IMG/VR virus record: IMGVR_UViG_3300044591_001667
Origin: an uncultured virus (IMG/VR IMGVR_UViG_3300044591_001667)
Lineage: Duplodnaviria; Heunggongvirae; Uroviricota; Caudoviricetes
Reading direction: 5' to 3' (one strand)
Length of the DNA stretch: 64,000 nt
The notes beneath the pieces are model-generated. The model was not told where the DNA came from and ran no database searches. It worked only from the letters and a program-made list of their open reading frames with translations. The position numbers and the translations under genes were made by a program. How positions within the stretch are numbered: the stretch's first letter is position 1; each line of letters opens with the position of its first letter. Positions 53,855 to 62,420 of this stretch are shown piece after piece.

Positions 53855-56800
53855 TTATGCAGCTCCTCTTCTCATTTGATAAGCAAGCTGACGTGAAACA
53901 AGAGATGCAAGCTCACGTTCATCCATACCAGCAGACGGGTAAACATTCACAGTTACGCCCTTACCACTGCCGCCGCTTAAGTAGTCAATCATTGCTTTAT
54001 CACGCTTTGATAGACCGTTTGGATCTAGTGGTTCTACACGTTCTGGTTTACCAGCTTCTGCAATCTGAGCAATTGTGCCTCCTGCAGATGGCATAACAAC
54101 TCCACCTAGAGCAAGTCTTGGAATTCTAAAATCGAGTTTAGGTACTTGTTTACCTAAGAATGTTCCGCCACCAAGAGTAAATCCCTTTCCAGCAGCATTG
54201 GTGTTCCACCAGTTTTTTGCCTCTTCAAACCCTGACTTAACACCGTCAAACAAGAATCCAAAAATATTACCTGCTCCATCTTTAAATTTCTTTGGGAGAG
54301 TCTTTAAGAAAGCAGGAATGTCTTTTGTGAAGAAATCAGTGACAGCTGTCCAAGCAGTCTTCACTCCACCACTTAGGAAGTCCCAAGCGGCTTTTGCTCC
54401 ATCTGCAAATTTCTTCGGGATTCCTGAAATAAATGGTGCAATTGTTTTTGTGAAGTAGTCACTAATAGCTGTAAATGCCTTACTTAGAAGGTCGGTAATC
54501 CAGCTCCAGAAATTGGATACATTAGTGATAAATCTCTTTGGGGTGTCGATTAAATAAGGCAAAAGTGTCTTACTGAACCAGTCTCCAATCTTTGTGAAGA
54601 GACCTCCTAGTAAGTCAAAAATCCATAGCCAGAATCCAGATACCAGTTTGATATAAGTTGCAGGAATAGATATCAAGAATGGAACAAGAGTGTTGGTAAA
54701 CCAACTACCAATTTTTGTAAAGAGAGTTCCTAGTAAGTCAAAAATCCACAGCCAGAAGCCAGCTACAAGTTTGATGTACTTTCCAGGAAGACTGACTAAG
54801 AATGGAACCAAAGTTTCTGTAAACCATGAGGAAACTTTTGTAAATAGCTCGCTAAACCAAGTACCTATTTTGCTACCAAAATCTTTAAAGAATCCAAGAA
54901 TTTTTGGACCAAACTCTTTAAAGAAGCCAATAATCTTGTCCCAGTTTTCGATGATAAGCGGAACTAAAAGAAGAAGAAGTCCAACAGGACCACCAATAAG
55001 AGATAAAGCTCTTCCAGCAAATCGTGCAGCTACTCCAACACCACGCAATGCGCCAGCCTTAAGTTTTGCAGCGATGCTTGTTTTATCCATAGCCATAGCC
55101 GTTGAGGTTGCTCTAATACCCAAACTATAGAGTCTTCCTCCCAAAGTTTTAACAGCCATGACGTTTCCAGCAACAGCCTTACCAAAGAATGAGACAGCTT
55201 TAAATGCAAGTCGGAATGCTCTAATAAAGGCAAATGCACCAGCAGCATAGGCAAGAATCGTTGAGACGCCTGGAAGCTTGAGGAAGTTATTAAAGACCGT
55301 AAAGATTCCGTTTAAGGTGTCGAAGAAAATCTTTATAGCGCCGCTCTCGGTGAGTAGTGACACAAACTCTGCAAAAGAAACTACTAACTCACCCAAGGAA
55401 GGCAAACTCTTTGCTAGTTCAGTTCCAAGACCATTAAAAATCTCTACTGCTTCAATTAATTTGTCAACAAAAACACCAAACTCAGGTGTAGCTCCAACTT
55501 GTAGAAGACCTTCACCAATCTTTCCAACAAGGGTAAGAATCTTTGTGAAGTTAGTTGTTAGCCCGTTGAGGAAGGTTGTAAGACCTTCATTATTTTCTCC
55601 ACCCTTAGTAAAGTTTTTAAACTTGGTGAAGACATCATCAAAATACTTAATGAATATGTCTGCAGAACCACCAGGAGCAATAACATTGTCAATAATGTCG
55701 CCTAAAGCACTAAAGGCTTTTTTGAAGGCTCCTCCAAGACCACTTGTAACTCTTTCAATATCATCAAAGAAATCCTTAAGCTCGCCTGTGGCTTGCTTGG
55801 CTTTCATAGTCTTTTCGAATGTTTCACCAAGGGTTGCAACCCACTCGCCGAACTTAGTGATTAGCGGCCCAGCGGCAGCTAGGATGGCAAGCAGTCCTCC
55901 ATAGAAACCGTTAGCTGCTTTTCCTAAATTCAAAAGAAGAGTGTCATTAGTCTTCCATATAGATTCAAGATTTTCTAGGTTTTTAGCTTCAGTAATTGCA
56001 TTAGAGAACCCAATTGCAATATCTCCAAGAATTCCACCAGTGGTACGAAGTAAAGGTTCAAGCTTTGGGAAAAGATTATCTACAAGGTTTTGAATTGCAG
56101 TTTCTAGCTTTGGAAAAAGAAGTTCACCAGCAGCATCTCTAAGCTTTTTAAACTCATCTTGGATACTAATTAAGTATTTAACAAACTTCTGAGCCTCAGG
56201 GGATAGGCCAGCAAGAGCATCAGCAAACGCATCTGCTCCAGGACCCTTTTGAGCATCAGCCAAATCTTGCTCTGCATCTGCAACATCTCGAACAGCTAAT
56301 GCAATTTGACGATTGATGTCGCGAATTGCTTTGCTCTTAGTTGGATCGTCAGTTGCCTCTCTTGCAGCATTTGCTGCATCCTTTTCAGCATCTGTGACTG
56401 CTTTTAAAGCCTTTGCTTTATCTATTGCAGCATCAACCAAAGACTCCTGAGCATTACGCTGAGCAGTAATAGCATCTTTAACAGCCTGAGAGCCTTCAAC
56501 TCCAGCTGCAGTTGCAGCTTTTTCTTCCTTCTTGAGGTCCTTGTTGCGGTCAATTGCTTTACGCAAGTTAAGGTCAGCCTCGGCAAACGCAAGCTCTGCT
56601 TCTTGGCGAGCACGGGAGTTTGGCGGAAGGTCTTGAACACGCTGAAGCGCATCACGAGCCTTAATAAATTCAAGACGGGCCCTCTTCTCAGAGATAGCAG
56701 CGCCTTCTGTTTCAAATCTAAGTTGCTGTAGCTTTTCTAAAGCATCTTCACGAGCCTTAGTTAACTGCTCTGTTGTTCTTTTAGCTGCTTCTTGAGCATC

Positions 56801-57451
56801 TCTATAGGTGCGCTCAGAACGTGAAGCAGAAATTTTTGCATCAGCAAGATTTTCTTCTGCTTCCACTTGCCGCTGAGTTAGTTGAGCAAGAAGTTCTGGC
56901 TTTGCTTCTGTTTGTAGGCGCTCAAGTTTTAATGAGGCATCAGCTACTCTACGTTTGGCTGCTGCAATAGCTTTCTCATTGCTAGCAGATGCCTTTTGAG
57001 TCTTTAGTCCAGCAGCTAGCGCTTGCGAAACCCCAGAGAAGGCAAGTTTTGCAACAATAGCAGCCTGAGCCACAGCACTAAGACTTCCAGCTAATACGAC
57101 TAAACCACCAGTACCCACTGCAGCAGCAGTAGCACCAAGTGTAAGAAGTCCTCCACCAAGAGCACCAACGGCTCCAGCAAGTCCAGTAAATGCTGGAGCT
57201 AAGAAATAGCCTGTAGTAATTAATTTATCTAATCTGAGACGGGCTTCTTCAGCTTCTTTTCTAAATTTAGAGCCAAAAAGTCCGTTGCGCTCTGACCCAC
57301 CGCTGGCTAATCCTTTTGAAAAGGAATCAGAAATATTACGACCAGCATCTTCACCAATACCATCTAAGCCTTCAAAGGCTCTTTGGATATCAGGGCGGAC
57401 GCGGTTGGTAATAGCACGGACAATGACGTGCGCTTCACCTACTACTGCCAT
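53855..57451 (-). CDS. Tape measure protein
   Basis: MAVVGEAHVIVRA start, long Ala/Leu helical and coiled-coil regions, periodic W/F repeats, IPRLALGG...AEAGKPE C-terminus; downstream of the tail chaperones. Confidence 0.93.
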   Translation of the reverse strand: MAVVGEAHVIVRAITNRVRPDIQRAFEGLDGIGEDAGRNISDSFSKGLASGGSERNGLFGSKFRKEAEEARLRLDKLITTGYFLAPAFTGLAGAVGALGGGLLTLGATAAAVGTGGLVVLAGSLSAVAQAAIVAKLAFSGVSQALAAGLKTQKASASNEKAIAAAKRRVADASLKLERLQTEAKPELLAQLTQRQVEAEENLADAKISASRSERTYRDAQEAAKRTTEQLTKAREDALEKLQQLRFETEGAAISEKRARLEFIKARDALQRVQDLPPNSRARQEAELAFAEADLNLRKAIDRNKDLKKEEKAATAAGVEGSQAVKDAITAQRNAQESLVDAAIDKAKALKAVTDAEKDAANAAREATDDPTKSKAIRDINRQIALAVRDVADAEQDLADAQKGPGADAFADALAGLSPEAQKFVKYLISIQDEFKKLRDAAGELLFPKLETAIQNLVDNLFPKLEPLLRTTGGILGDIAIGFSNAITEAKNLENLESIWKTNDTLLLNLGKAANGFYGGLLAILAAAGPLITKFGEWVATLGETFEKTMKAKQATGELKDFFDDIERVTSGLGGAFKKAFSALGDIIDNVIAPGGSADIFIKYFDDVFTKFKNFTKGGENNEGLTTFLNGLTTNFTKILTLVGKIGEGLLQVGATPEFGVFVDKLIEAVEIFNGLGTELAKSLPSLGELVVSFAEFVSLLTESGAIKIFFDTLNGIFTVFNNFLKLPGVSTILAYAAGAFAFIRAFRLAFKAVSFFGKAVAGNVMAVKTLGGRLYSLGIRATSTAMAMDKTSIAAKLKAGALRGVGVAARFAGRALSLIGGPVGLLLLLVPLIIENWDKIIGFFKEFGPKILGFFKDFGSKIGTWFSELFTKVSSWFTETLVPFLVSLPGKYIKLVAGFWLWIFDLLGTLFTKIGSWFTNTLVPFLISIPATYIKLVSGFWLWIFDLLGGLFTKIGDWFSKTLLPYLIDTPKRFITNVSNFWSWITDLLSKAFTAISDYFTKTIAPFISGIPKKFADGAKAAWDFLSGGVKTAWTAVTDFFTKDIPAFLKTLPKKFKDGAGNIFGFLFDGVKSGFEEAKNWWNTNAAGKGFTLGGGTFLGKQVPKLDFRIPRLALGGVVMPSAGGTIAQIAEAGKPERVEPLDPNGLSKRDKAMIDYLSGGSGKGVTVNVYPSAGMDERELASLVSRQLAYQMRRGAA

Positions 57452-57473
57452 GTGCTATCACCTCCTATTTCAA

Positions 57474-57886
57474 TTAGCCGAGCGGTGCGTCTAGAGTTCT
57501 GCCAAACGGAGTTGCCGCATCTGGGTCAAACTCTGTTGGCGGTACATATGGTTTTGTTACGTTATTTGATGGATCAAATGGAACTAGATCATCGTAAGAA
57601 GGCGAACTAGATGCGTTATTAGAAGATTTAATTCCTGCATCTATTCTGTACTTGTAAGTCGTGCCATACAACGTTCTGTAGATCACTGAACGAGACTCTG
57701 ACTTTGCTGCTACTTGTTCTTGAGAAACAATGTTTAAATCTTCCTCAAAATAGTAGTGAAGGACGTCGACCATATCAGCCGCATCCATCTCAACTAGTTT
57801 CAGCCCGCTCACAAGTGCTTTCCCATTAACGTAAGGCCAGAGATCTACTGCCCACTCGATGAAGGCTCTGGCTGCTGCGTAGGGCG
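57474..57886 (-). CDS. Tail assembly chaperone, post-frameshift (gpT-like) portion
   Basis: In the -1 frame relative to the upstream chaperone, overlaps its 3' end, has no good RBS/start at the overlap, and precedes the tape measure. Confidence 0.7.
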
Positions 57887-58192
57887 GCTTGAATACTCCT
57901 CTACAAGCCACGCAGTAATTTCACCAAGAGTATCAACGGTGACGATTTTTTCTGGGTCACTAAGAAGTGCATTGAACTTAGTCAAGCTCTCTGGAAGGAG
58001 AGTTGTTTCAAAAAAATCATTAATGGTACGTGCTACCGCTGCACCATCAGATTCATCTGCACCTGCCACGATGTTGAGAAGTACCTTGCCCTGAATTGCT
58101 GGGCGACAGTGGAACTCTTCACCGTGAATCTTGAACGAAAGTGGGGAGTACTCCTGAGTACTTCCACCGAAGTCCTTGAATCGGTTTGTCAT
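57845..58192 (-). CDS. Tail assembly chaperone (gpG-like)
   Basis: AAGGAAATAGG RBS, FKIHGEEF, WLVEEYSSRPT end motif; canonical position. Confidence 0.8.
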   Translation of the reverse strand: MTNRFKDFGGSTQEYSPLSFKIHGEEFHCRPAIQGKVLLNIVAGADESDGAAVARTINDFFETTLLPESLTKFNALLSDPEKIVTVDTLGEITAWLVEEYSSRPTQQPEPSSSGQ

Positions 58193-58217
58193 CCTATTTC
58201 CTTTGTTTGTGTCGTTG

Positions 58218-58237
58218 CCTATTACATTTGTAATAGG
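58218..58237. promoter_or_regulatory. Short intergenic inverted repeat
   Basis: CCTATTAC-ATTT-GTAATAGG upstream of the chaperone gene. Confidence 0.35.
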
Positions 58238-58245
58238 TTTATATT

Positions 58246-58638
58246 TTACCCTGCCAACCTAAGGTTATCTGTGAGATAACGGTTCGGTTTCGTGCCAGGG
58301 TGCTTCACCACGTGGGCAAAGACAACTTGTCCTTTTGTTTGGAACTTAAGCATGTGTCTGCGAGTTGGTCTAATTATGTGGGGTGATGTACCGTCATGGT
58401 GTGCCCTCGCGTAGTTCAAATTTGAACCAACTCGAACATACTGACCTCGAGTGTCAGAAAAATGACGCATGTGGAGAGAGGCACGAAGTGCTCCAGTTTG
58501 CACACCAACTTGAGATTTAGCCCCCGCTAAAACTCTTAGGCCGCGTTGTTTTAAATCTCTTCCAATAGGCCCATTTTGACTTCTAAGCAGATACTCCATA
58601 CCTACTTTGTTTTCAATAAAAATTACATTTTTAGGCAT
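58246..58638 (-). CDS. HK97 gp10-like neck/tail-completion protein
   Basis: VQTGALRASL, VGSNLNYA..HHDGT, HPGTKPNRYL. Confidence 0.8.
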   Translation of the reverse strand: MPKNVIFIENKVGMEYLLRSQNGPIGRDLKQRGLRVLAGAKSQVGVQTGALRASLHMRHFSDTRGQYVRVGSNLNYARAHHDGTSPHIIRPTRRHMLKFQTKGQVVFAHVVKHPGTKPNRYLTDNLRLAG

Positions 58639-58639
58639 T

Positions 58640-59146
58640 TTATGGAACCGCCATCGTGATAGTCATACGAGTTGTTTGATATCCACCCTCAGGAGGTGCA
58701 GAATCAACAGTTGCAATAACTCCCATACCGTAGGGACCATTGGTTGCCCACGAATCAAACTGATTAATGCTCTCCATTAAAATCCACGCATCATATGCTG
58801 CAACCACTGCTGCTTCTTGAATGTCATCTGCAAGTGGAGGTTGCCCATTATTCTGCAAAATTGGAACAGAACGGGAAACTGAAATATTTAAAGTAACGCT
58901 TCTTGGGTCATTACAACGGCGTGGCTCTGTGGCTTCATCGCCTGGAGTTCCTACATACATTTGAATCATAGATACAACAAGCTGTTCACAATCGACAGCA
59001 GGGGTCGCAATGTTCCAATAGCGACGTGCTGGAAGAGGCATGTCATAAGACTCGTATACAGTGATGACTCTGTTGAGAACATCTTGCATCAAATTAGCTA
59101 GGTTCTTAGCGTCATTTGACACACCAGTAACATTTGGAAGTGCCAT
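58640..59146 (-). CDS. Putative tail terminator
   Basis: DCEQLVV, ISVSRSVP and PPEGG; lies between the adaptor and gp10-like genes. Confidence 0.6.
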   Translation of the reverse strand: MALPNVTGVSNDAKNLANLMQDVLNRVITVYESYDMPLPARRYWNIATPAVDCEQLVVSMIQMYVGTPGDEATEPRRCNDPRSVTLNISVSRSVPILQNNGQPPLADDIQEAAVVAAYDAWILMESINQFDSWATNGPYGMGVIATVDSAPPEGGYQTTRMTITMAVP

Positions 59147-59161
59147 TGTCTATCTCCGTCT

Positions 59162-60301
59162 CTAAGGTAGGGCTATTGGTGTTACAGGGTTACCAAGCTG
59201 ATAAATGACGTTGCTAGTCAGTAAGTTAATCACTTCATCGACCTCTGGGTTACCTAAACTTGGCCGTGTTGCGTATAAATCTAAAATTCCTGGGTCACGA
59301 GTTCCAAGAATTGGAAGAAGTTGAGAGTAGTTAAGGCTAAGACGGATTGTTCCTTCAACCCTGTCTAATACTGCTGCAGTCTCAAATACTGTGCTTATTG
59401 TATTAGTATAGTTAGAGACAGTTGTAGATACTGTCCAAGCATTATCTTCTGTCAAGAAGTCAGCATTCAATTCATCTAGATAATAAACAACTGTTCCACC
59501 CTCTTGATTAAAATACAAATCAAATGCAGACAGCTCGAATGCTGGAGCTTGTCCAACAATACGACGAGCACGAGGGGTGTCTGGAGAGAATACGCGAGAG
59601 CGTGCACGAGCCTTGTCTGGGTTTACAGTCTTGAGAAATAGGTCAATAGCATAAACACCAGTGCGAAGGTCATCAATAAAATCTTGTGAATCAAGAACTG
59701 TGTAAGTAACTCCTTGACGAGAAACCGAGGTCACACGTTGAGGGAGGGCACAGGTGTCGTCGCCTTCATACAACTTAACAAGTTCAATAGCCAACATACG
59801 TGCAGCAGCTCTACCAGCTACTGGAGGTGGGCTTCCGTATGTGTATGTAACTTCTACGTTAGATGGAGTCCATGTGGCATTAGGGGTGCCATAAATTGTC
59901 GAGTGGTCTGCCAAGTAGTAGGTGCTTGAATCAACAATATCTCCGTCACCTGTGCGAAGAGCATGCACTCGAACTACCTTACGACCGCGAAGTCTTACGC
60001 GACTATAGGAGGATGTTCCATCTCCTTGATAATCATGGTGAGAGTCAATTCCAAACCCTCCTTGAGGAAGATTTTCAACCTGACCATTAATAAGAGTAGG
60101 AGAATAATTTAAGTGAGAAGCACCAGTACGAAGGTAAGGGTCGTACATTGAAACGTAACGCTCAGTTACTGTAGTGGTGCCAGAAAACTTACGGCCTGAC
60201 ATAGCCCAGAGCATGTAAGAAGCGGTTTTGACGGCATCATAGGCATAATCAGAGTCAGCGTAGATACCCAACTCATCTGTTTCAACCCAAAGATTGCTCA
60301 T
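59162..60301 (-). CDS. Head-to-tail adaptor with a C-terminal extra domain
   Basis: LWAMSGRKF, VTYTYGSPPP, CALPQRVTSVSRQGV, TGVYAIDLFL..VNP (cluster-B-like adaptor motifs). Confidence 0.8.
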   Translation of the reverse strand: MSNLWVETDELGIYADSDYAYDAVKTASYMLWAMSGRKFSGTTTVTERYVSMYDPYLRTGASHLNYSPTLINGQVENLPQGGFGIDSHHDYQGDGTSSYSRVRLRGRKVVRVHALRTGDGDIVDSSTYYLADHSTIYGTPNATWTPSNVEVTYTYGSPPPVAGRAAARMLAIELVKLYEGDDTCALPQRVTSVSRQGVTYTVLDSQDFIDDLRTGVYAIDLFLKTVNPDKARARSRVFSPDTPRARRIVGQAPAFELSAFDLYFNQEGGTVVYYLDELNADFLTEDNAWTVSTTVSNYTNTISTVFETAAVLDRVEGTIRLSLNYSQLLPILGTRDPGILDLYATRPSLGNPEVDEVINLLTSNVIYQLGNPVTPIALP

Positions 60302-60321
60302 TTCGTCCCTTTCTTCTCCAG

Positions 60322-60385
60322 ATGTGAATAGGGGCGGGCAGGGAACCGAGTGTTAAACACTAACGGCATCTGCCCGCCCCTTTTT
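60322..60385 (-). terminator. Long GC-rich hairpin after the major tail gene
   Basis: AGGGGCGGGCAG (60330-60341) pairs with CTGCCCGCCCCT (60370-60381), with inner CCG/CGG and AGTGT/ACACT stems. Confidence 0.65.
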
Positions 60386-60395
60386 CCTACTATTA

Positions 60396-61442
60396 CTAGG
60401 CGGATGGATCCTCAGTCGACGCAATGATGAAGTCGATTGGTAGATCTGGGTTGTAGGCATCAGAGCCTGGAACGTTATATCCAGTTTCTGAACCTTGGCT
60501 ATCGAAGTCAGAGACTGCGAGATATCCGCGGTTACGAGTTGCTGAACCAGCTGGGCTTACTGCTGCTGATGGAACATCAGTTGCTGTCTTAGCAAAACGG
60601 AAGGATGTTGGAGTTGGAGCTGCAGTAATTGTGTGAGTTCCGTTGAATGTTGAATCAACGCCCTCGATGGTTACTGACTGACCAACTTCGAATCCGTGTG
60701 CAGAACCTGTTGTAAGGGTTGCAACGTTTGAAGTAAGAGCCTTGTTGGTGACTGTCTTTGTTGACAAGTCGAACCAGCGGTAGAAGCCCTTTAGTCCTTC
60801 TGGAGCCCATGATGCACGAGCGTATGAATATGGACGCTCTGCTGCTACTGGGAACTCCCAGCGGCCATCTAGACCAGCATTGAACTCAGGGTTTCCAAGA
60901 CCGTAACCTTCGAATGTGTTTGCAAGCAAACCATTCTCAATTACGCGGTCGCCGCTCTGACGAAGCTTTGCGTATGGGAATACCCAGTAGAAGTATGGAA
61001 GACCAGTTGCACGCTTTCCATCCTTAACTGCGTAAGACCAAACTTCAATTGCAACGCCATTGCCAGCAGGGTCATCGCCAACGGCTGGTGCGGCCCAACC
61101 GACTGACTTGTTGTCAGGTGATGCATAAGAACCAAAATTCTTGCGGAGAAGTAGACCGCCAGACATTAGAGCTGAAAGCTCTGAGTCTGGTTCGCAAATC
61201 GCGATCTCCATAGTGATGCGCTTTAGTGTGTCTGGGGCCTTGTATGACACGCATACAGTACCGTCAGCAGACTTTTCAACGATTTCGTCACCCTCTTCAT
61301 ATTCAGGGGTGAATGATGCGCGAAGAAACGCCGAGGTGGTGTAAGAGTCACCTGCTCCATTGAGCAAGTTACCAGCGGCGTCCAGTCGAGTGACTCGGAT
61401 CGCCACACCTTGGACGCTAGCCGCGTAGTCCTGTGTAGCCAT
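60396..61442 (-). CDS. Major tail protein with an inserted beta module
   Basis: AIRVTRLD, EEGDEIVEKSADG, CEPD, VAIEVWS and YWVFP (cluster-B-like tail tube motifs). Confidence 0.85.
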   Translation of the reverse strand: MATQDYAASVQGVAIRVTRLDAAGNLLNGAGDSYTTSAFLRASFTPEYEEGDEIVEKSADGTVCVSYKAPDTLKRITMEIAICEPDSELSALMSGGLLLRKNFGSYASPDNKSVGWAAPAVGDDPAGNGVAIEVWSYAVKDGKRATGLPYFYWVFPYAKLRQSGDRVIENGLLANTFEGYGLGNPEFNAGLDGRWEFPVAAERPYSYARASWAPEGLKGFYRWFDLSTKTVTNKALTSNVATLTTGSAHGFEVGQSVTIEGVDSTFNGTHTITAAPTPTSFRFAKTATDVPSAAVSPAGSATRNRGYLAVSDFDSQGSETGYNVPGSDAYNPDLPIDFIIASTEDPSA

Positions 61443-61477
61443 TCCAGTGTGCTCCTTATTCTATGTTGTTGTTGCTT

Positions 61478-62368
61478 TTAGTCATTAGGAAGTGTCACTC
61501 GCATTGCGTAATGAATTGACGGATCTGCATACGCAGCTGCAGGGCGGTAAGCCTTAATCCGCATGTTATTAATTGTAACATCTGCACCTTGAGCTAAGTT
61601 TTCGTTCACAATCTCGATTTTTCCGAGGTGCACGTCAACCATGCTAGTTGCATAAATCCACTTGTTGGTAGCAGATGCGGCAGCATTTGTATCACCAATA
61701 GGACCGTTACCTGTATAACCTGAACCAATGACAACATGAGTACCAAGACGTGTCATAGCACTTCCTGAATTCTCATTCTCACCCTTCTTATAAATAAGAC
61801 GGGAGCCTAGAATTGAAGCCACATCACGAGTCATGTGGATAACTGCATTCTCACCTGTAGGTGATTCAGCAATTGCTTGTTCTAAGATCATTAGGGCATT
61901 CTCTGGCTTCTTAGCACCAGAAACTGGAATAGTTGCAGCACCTGTCTTGCTGAGATACATGTTGCCATTGGCAGATGATTCAGCTCGAGCGGCTGCTCCT
62001 TCCCAGAATTCTCTTTCTACTGCCTTCTGTGTTGCTGCCTCAAGCGCTTTAACTACTTGCGCGAAGCGGTCTTCTCCAGGAAGGCTAAATGTTGAATCAA
62101 ATAGTTCTACATCTACGATGAATGGGATGTAGTCAATGTATGTGGTATCTCCAGCGTTATCGCTTAGAGTTCCGCCAGTTACAGACGCATCGTTAACTGT
62201 TAAAAGACGAAGATATGAAGGTAGAGAGTCAAACTCTTGAGCTAAACGGCGCACCCAACGCTCGTCACCTTCGCGGCCCGTGTGCTGCATAACACGGGCA
62301 ACGCTTAGGAGACCGCAAGGGGCAGGAACTAGCTCATTCGCTGGGAAAACTCCTCTGAATGTTGCCAT
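61478..62368 (-). CDS. Second capsid protein (major capsid pentamer-like)
   Basis: GLLSVA, AVEREFW, LEQAIA..VIHM, TRLGTHVVIGSGY; sits between the capsid and major tail genes as in cluster B phages. Confidence 0.65.
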   Translation of the reverse strand: MATFRGVFPANELVPAPCGLLSVARVMQHTGREGDERWVRRLAQEFDSLPSYLRLLTVNDASVTGGTLSDNAGDTTYIDYIPFIVDVELFDSTFSLPGEDRFAQVVKALEAATQKAVEREFWEGAAARAESSANGNMYLSKTGAATIPVSGAKKPENALMILEQAIAESPTGENAVIHMTRDVASILGSRLIYKKGENENSGSAMTRLGTHVVIGSGYTGNGPIGDTNAAASATNKWIYATSMVDVHLGKIEIVNENLAQGADVTINNMRIKAYRPAAAYADPSIHYAMRVTLPND

Positions 62369-62420
62369 TATTCTTTACTCCTTCGTTCCTAAGCGTTGCC
62401 TACGTGTTATTTATCGAATT

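Noticed and set aside
53830..57494. Plus-strand ORFs opposite the tape measure gene
   Set aside because: Antisense shadows with no protein-like motifs.
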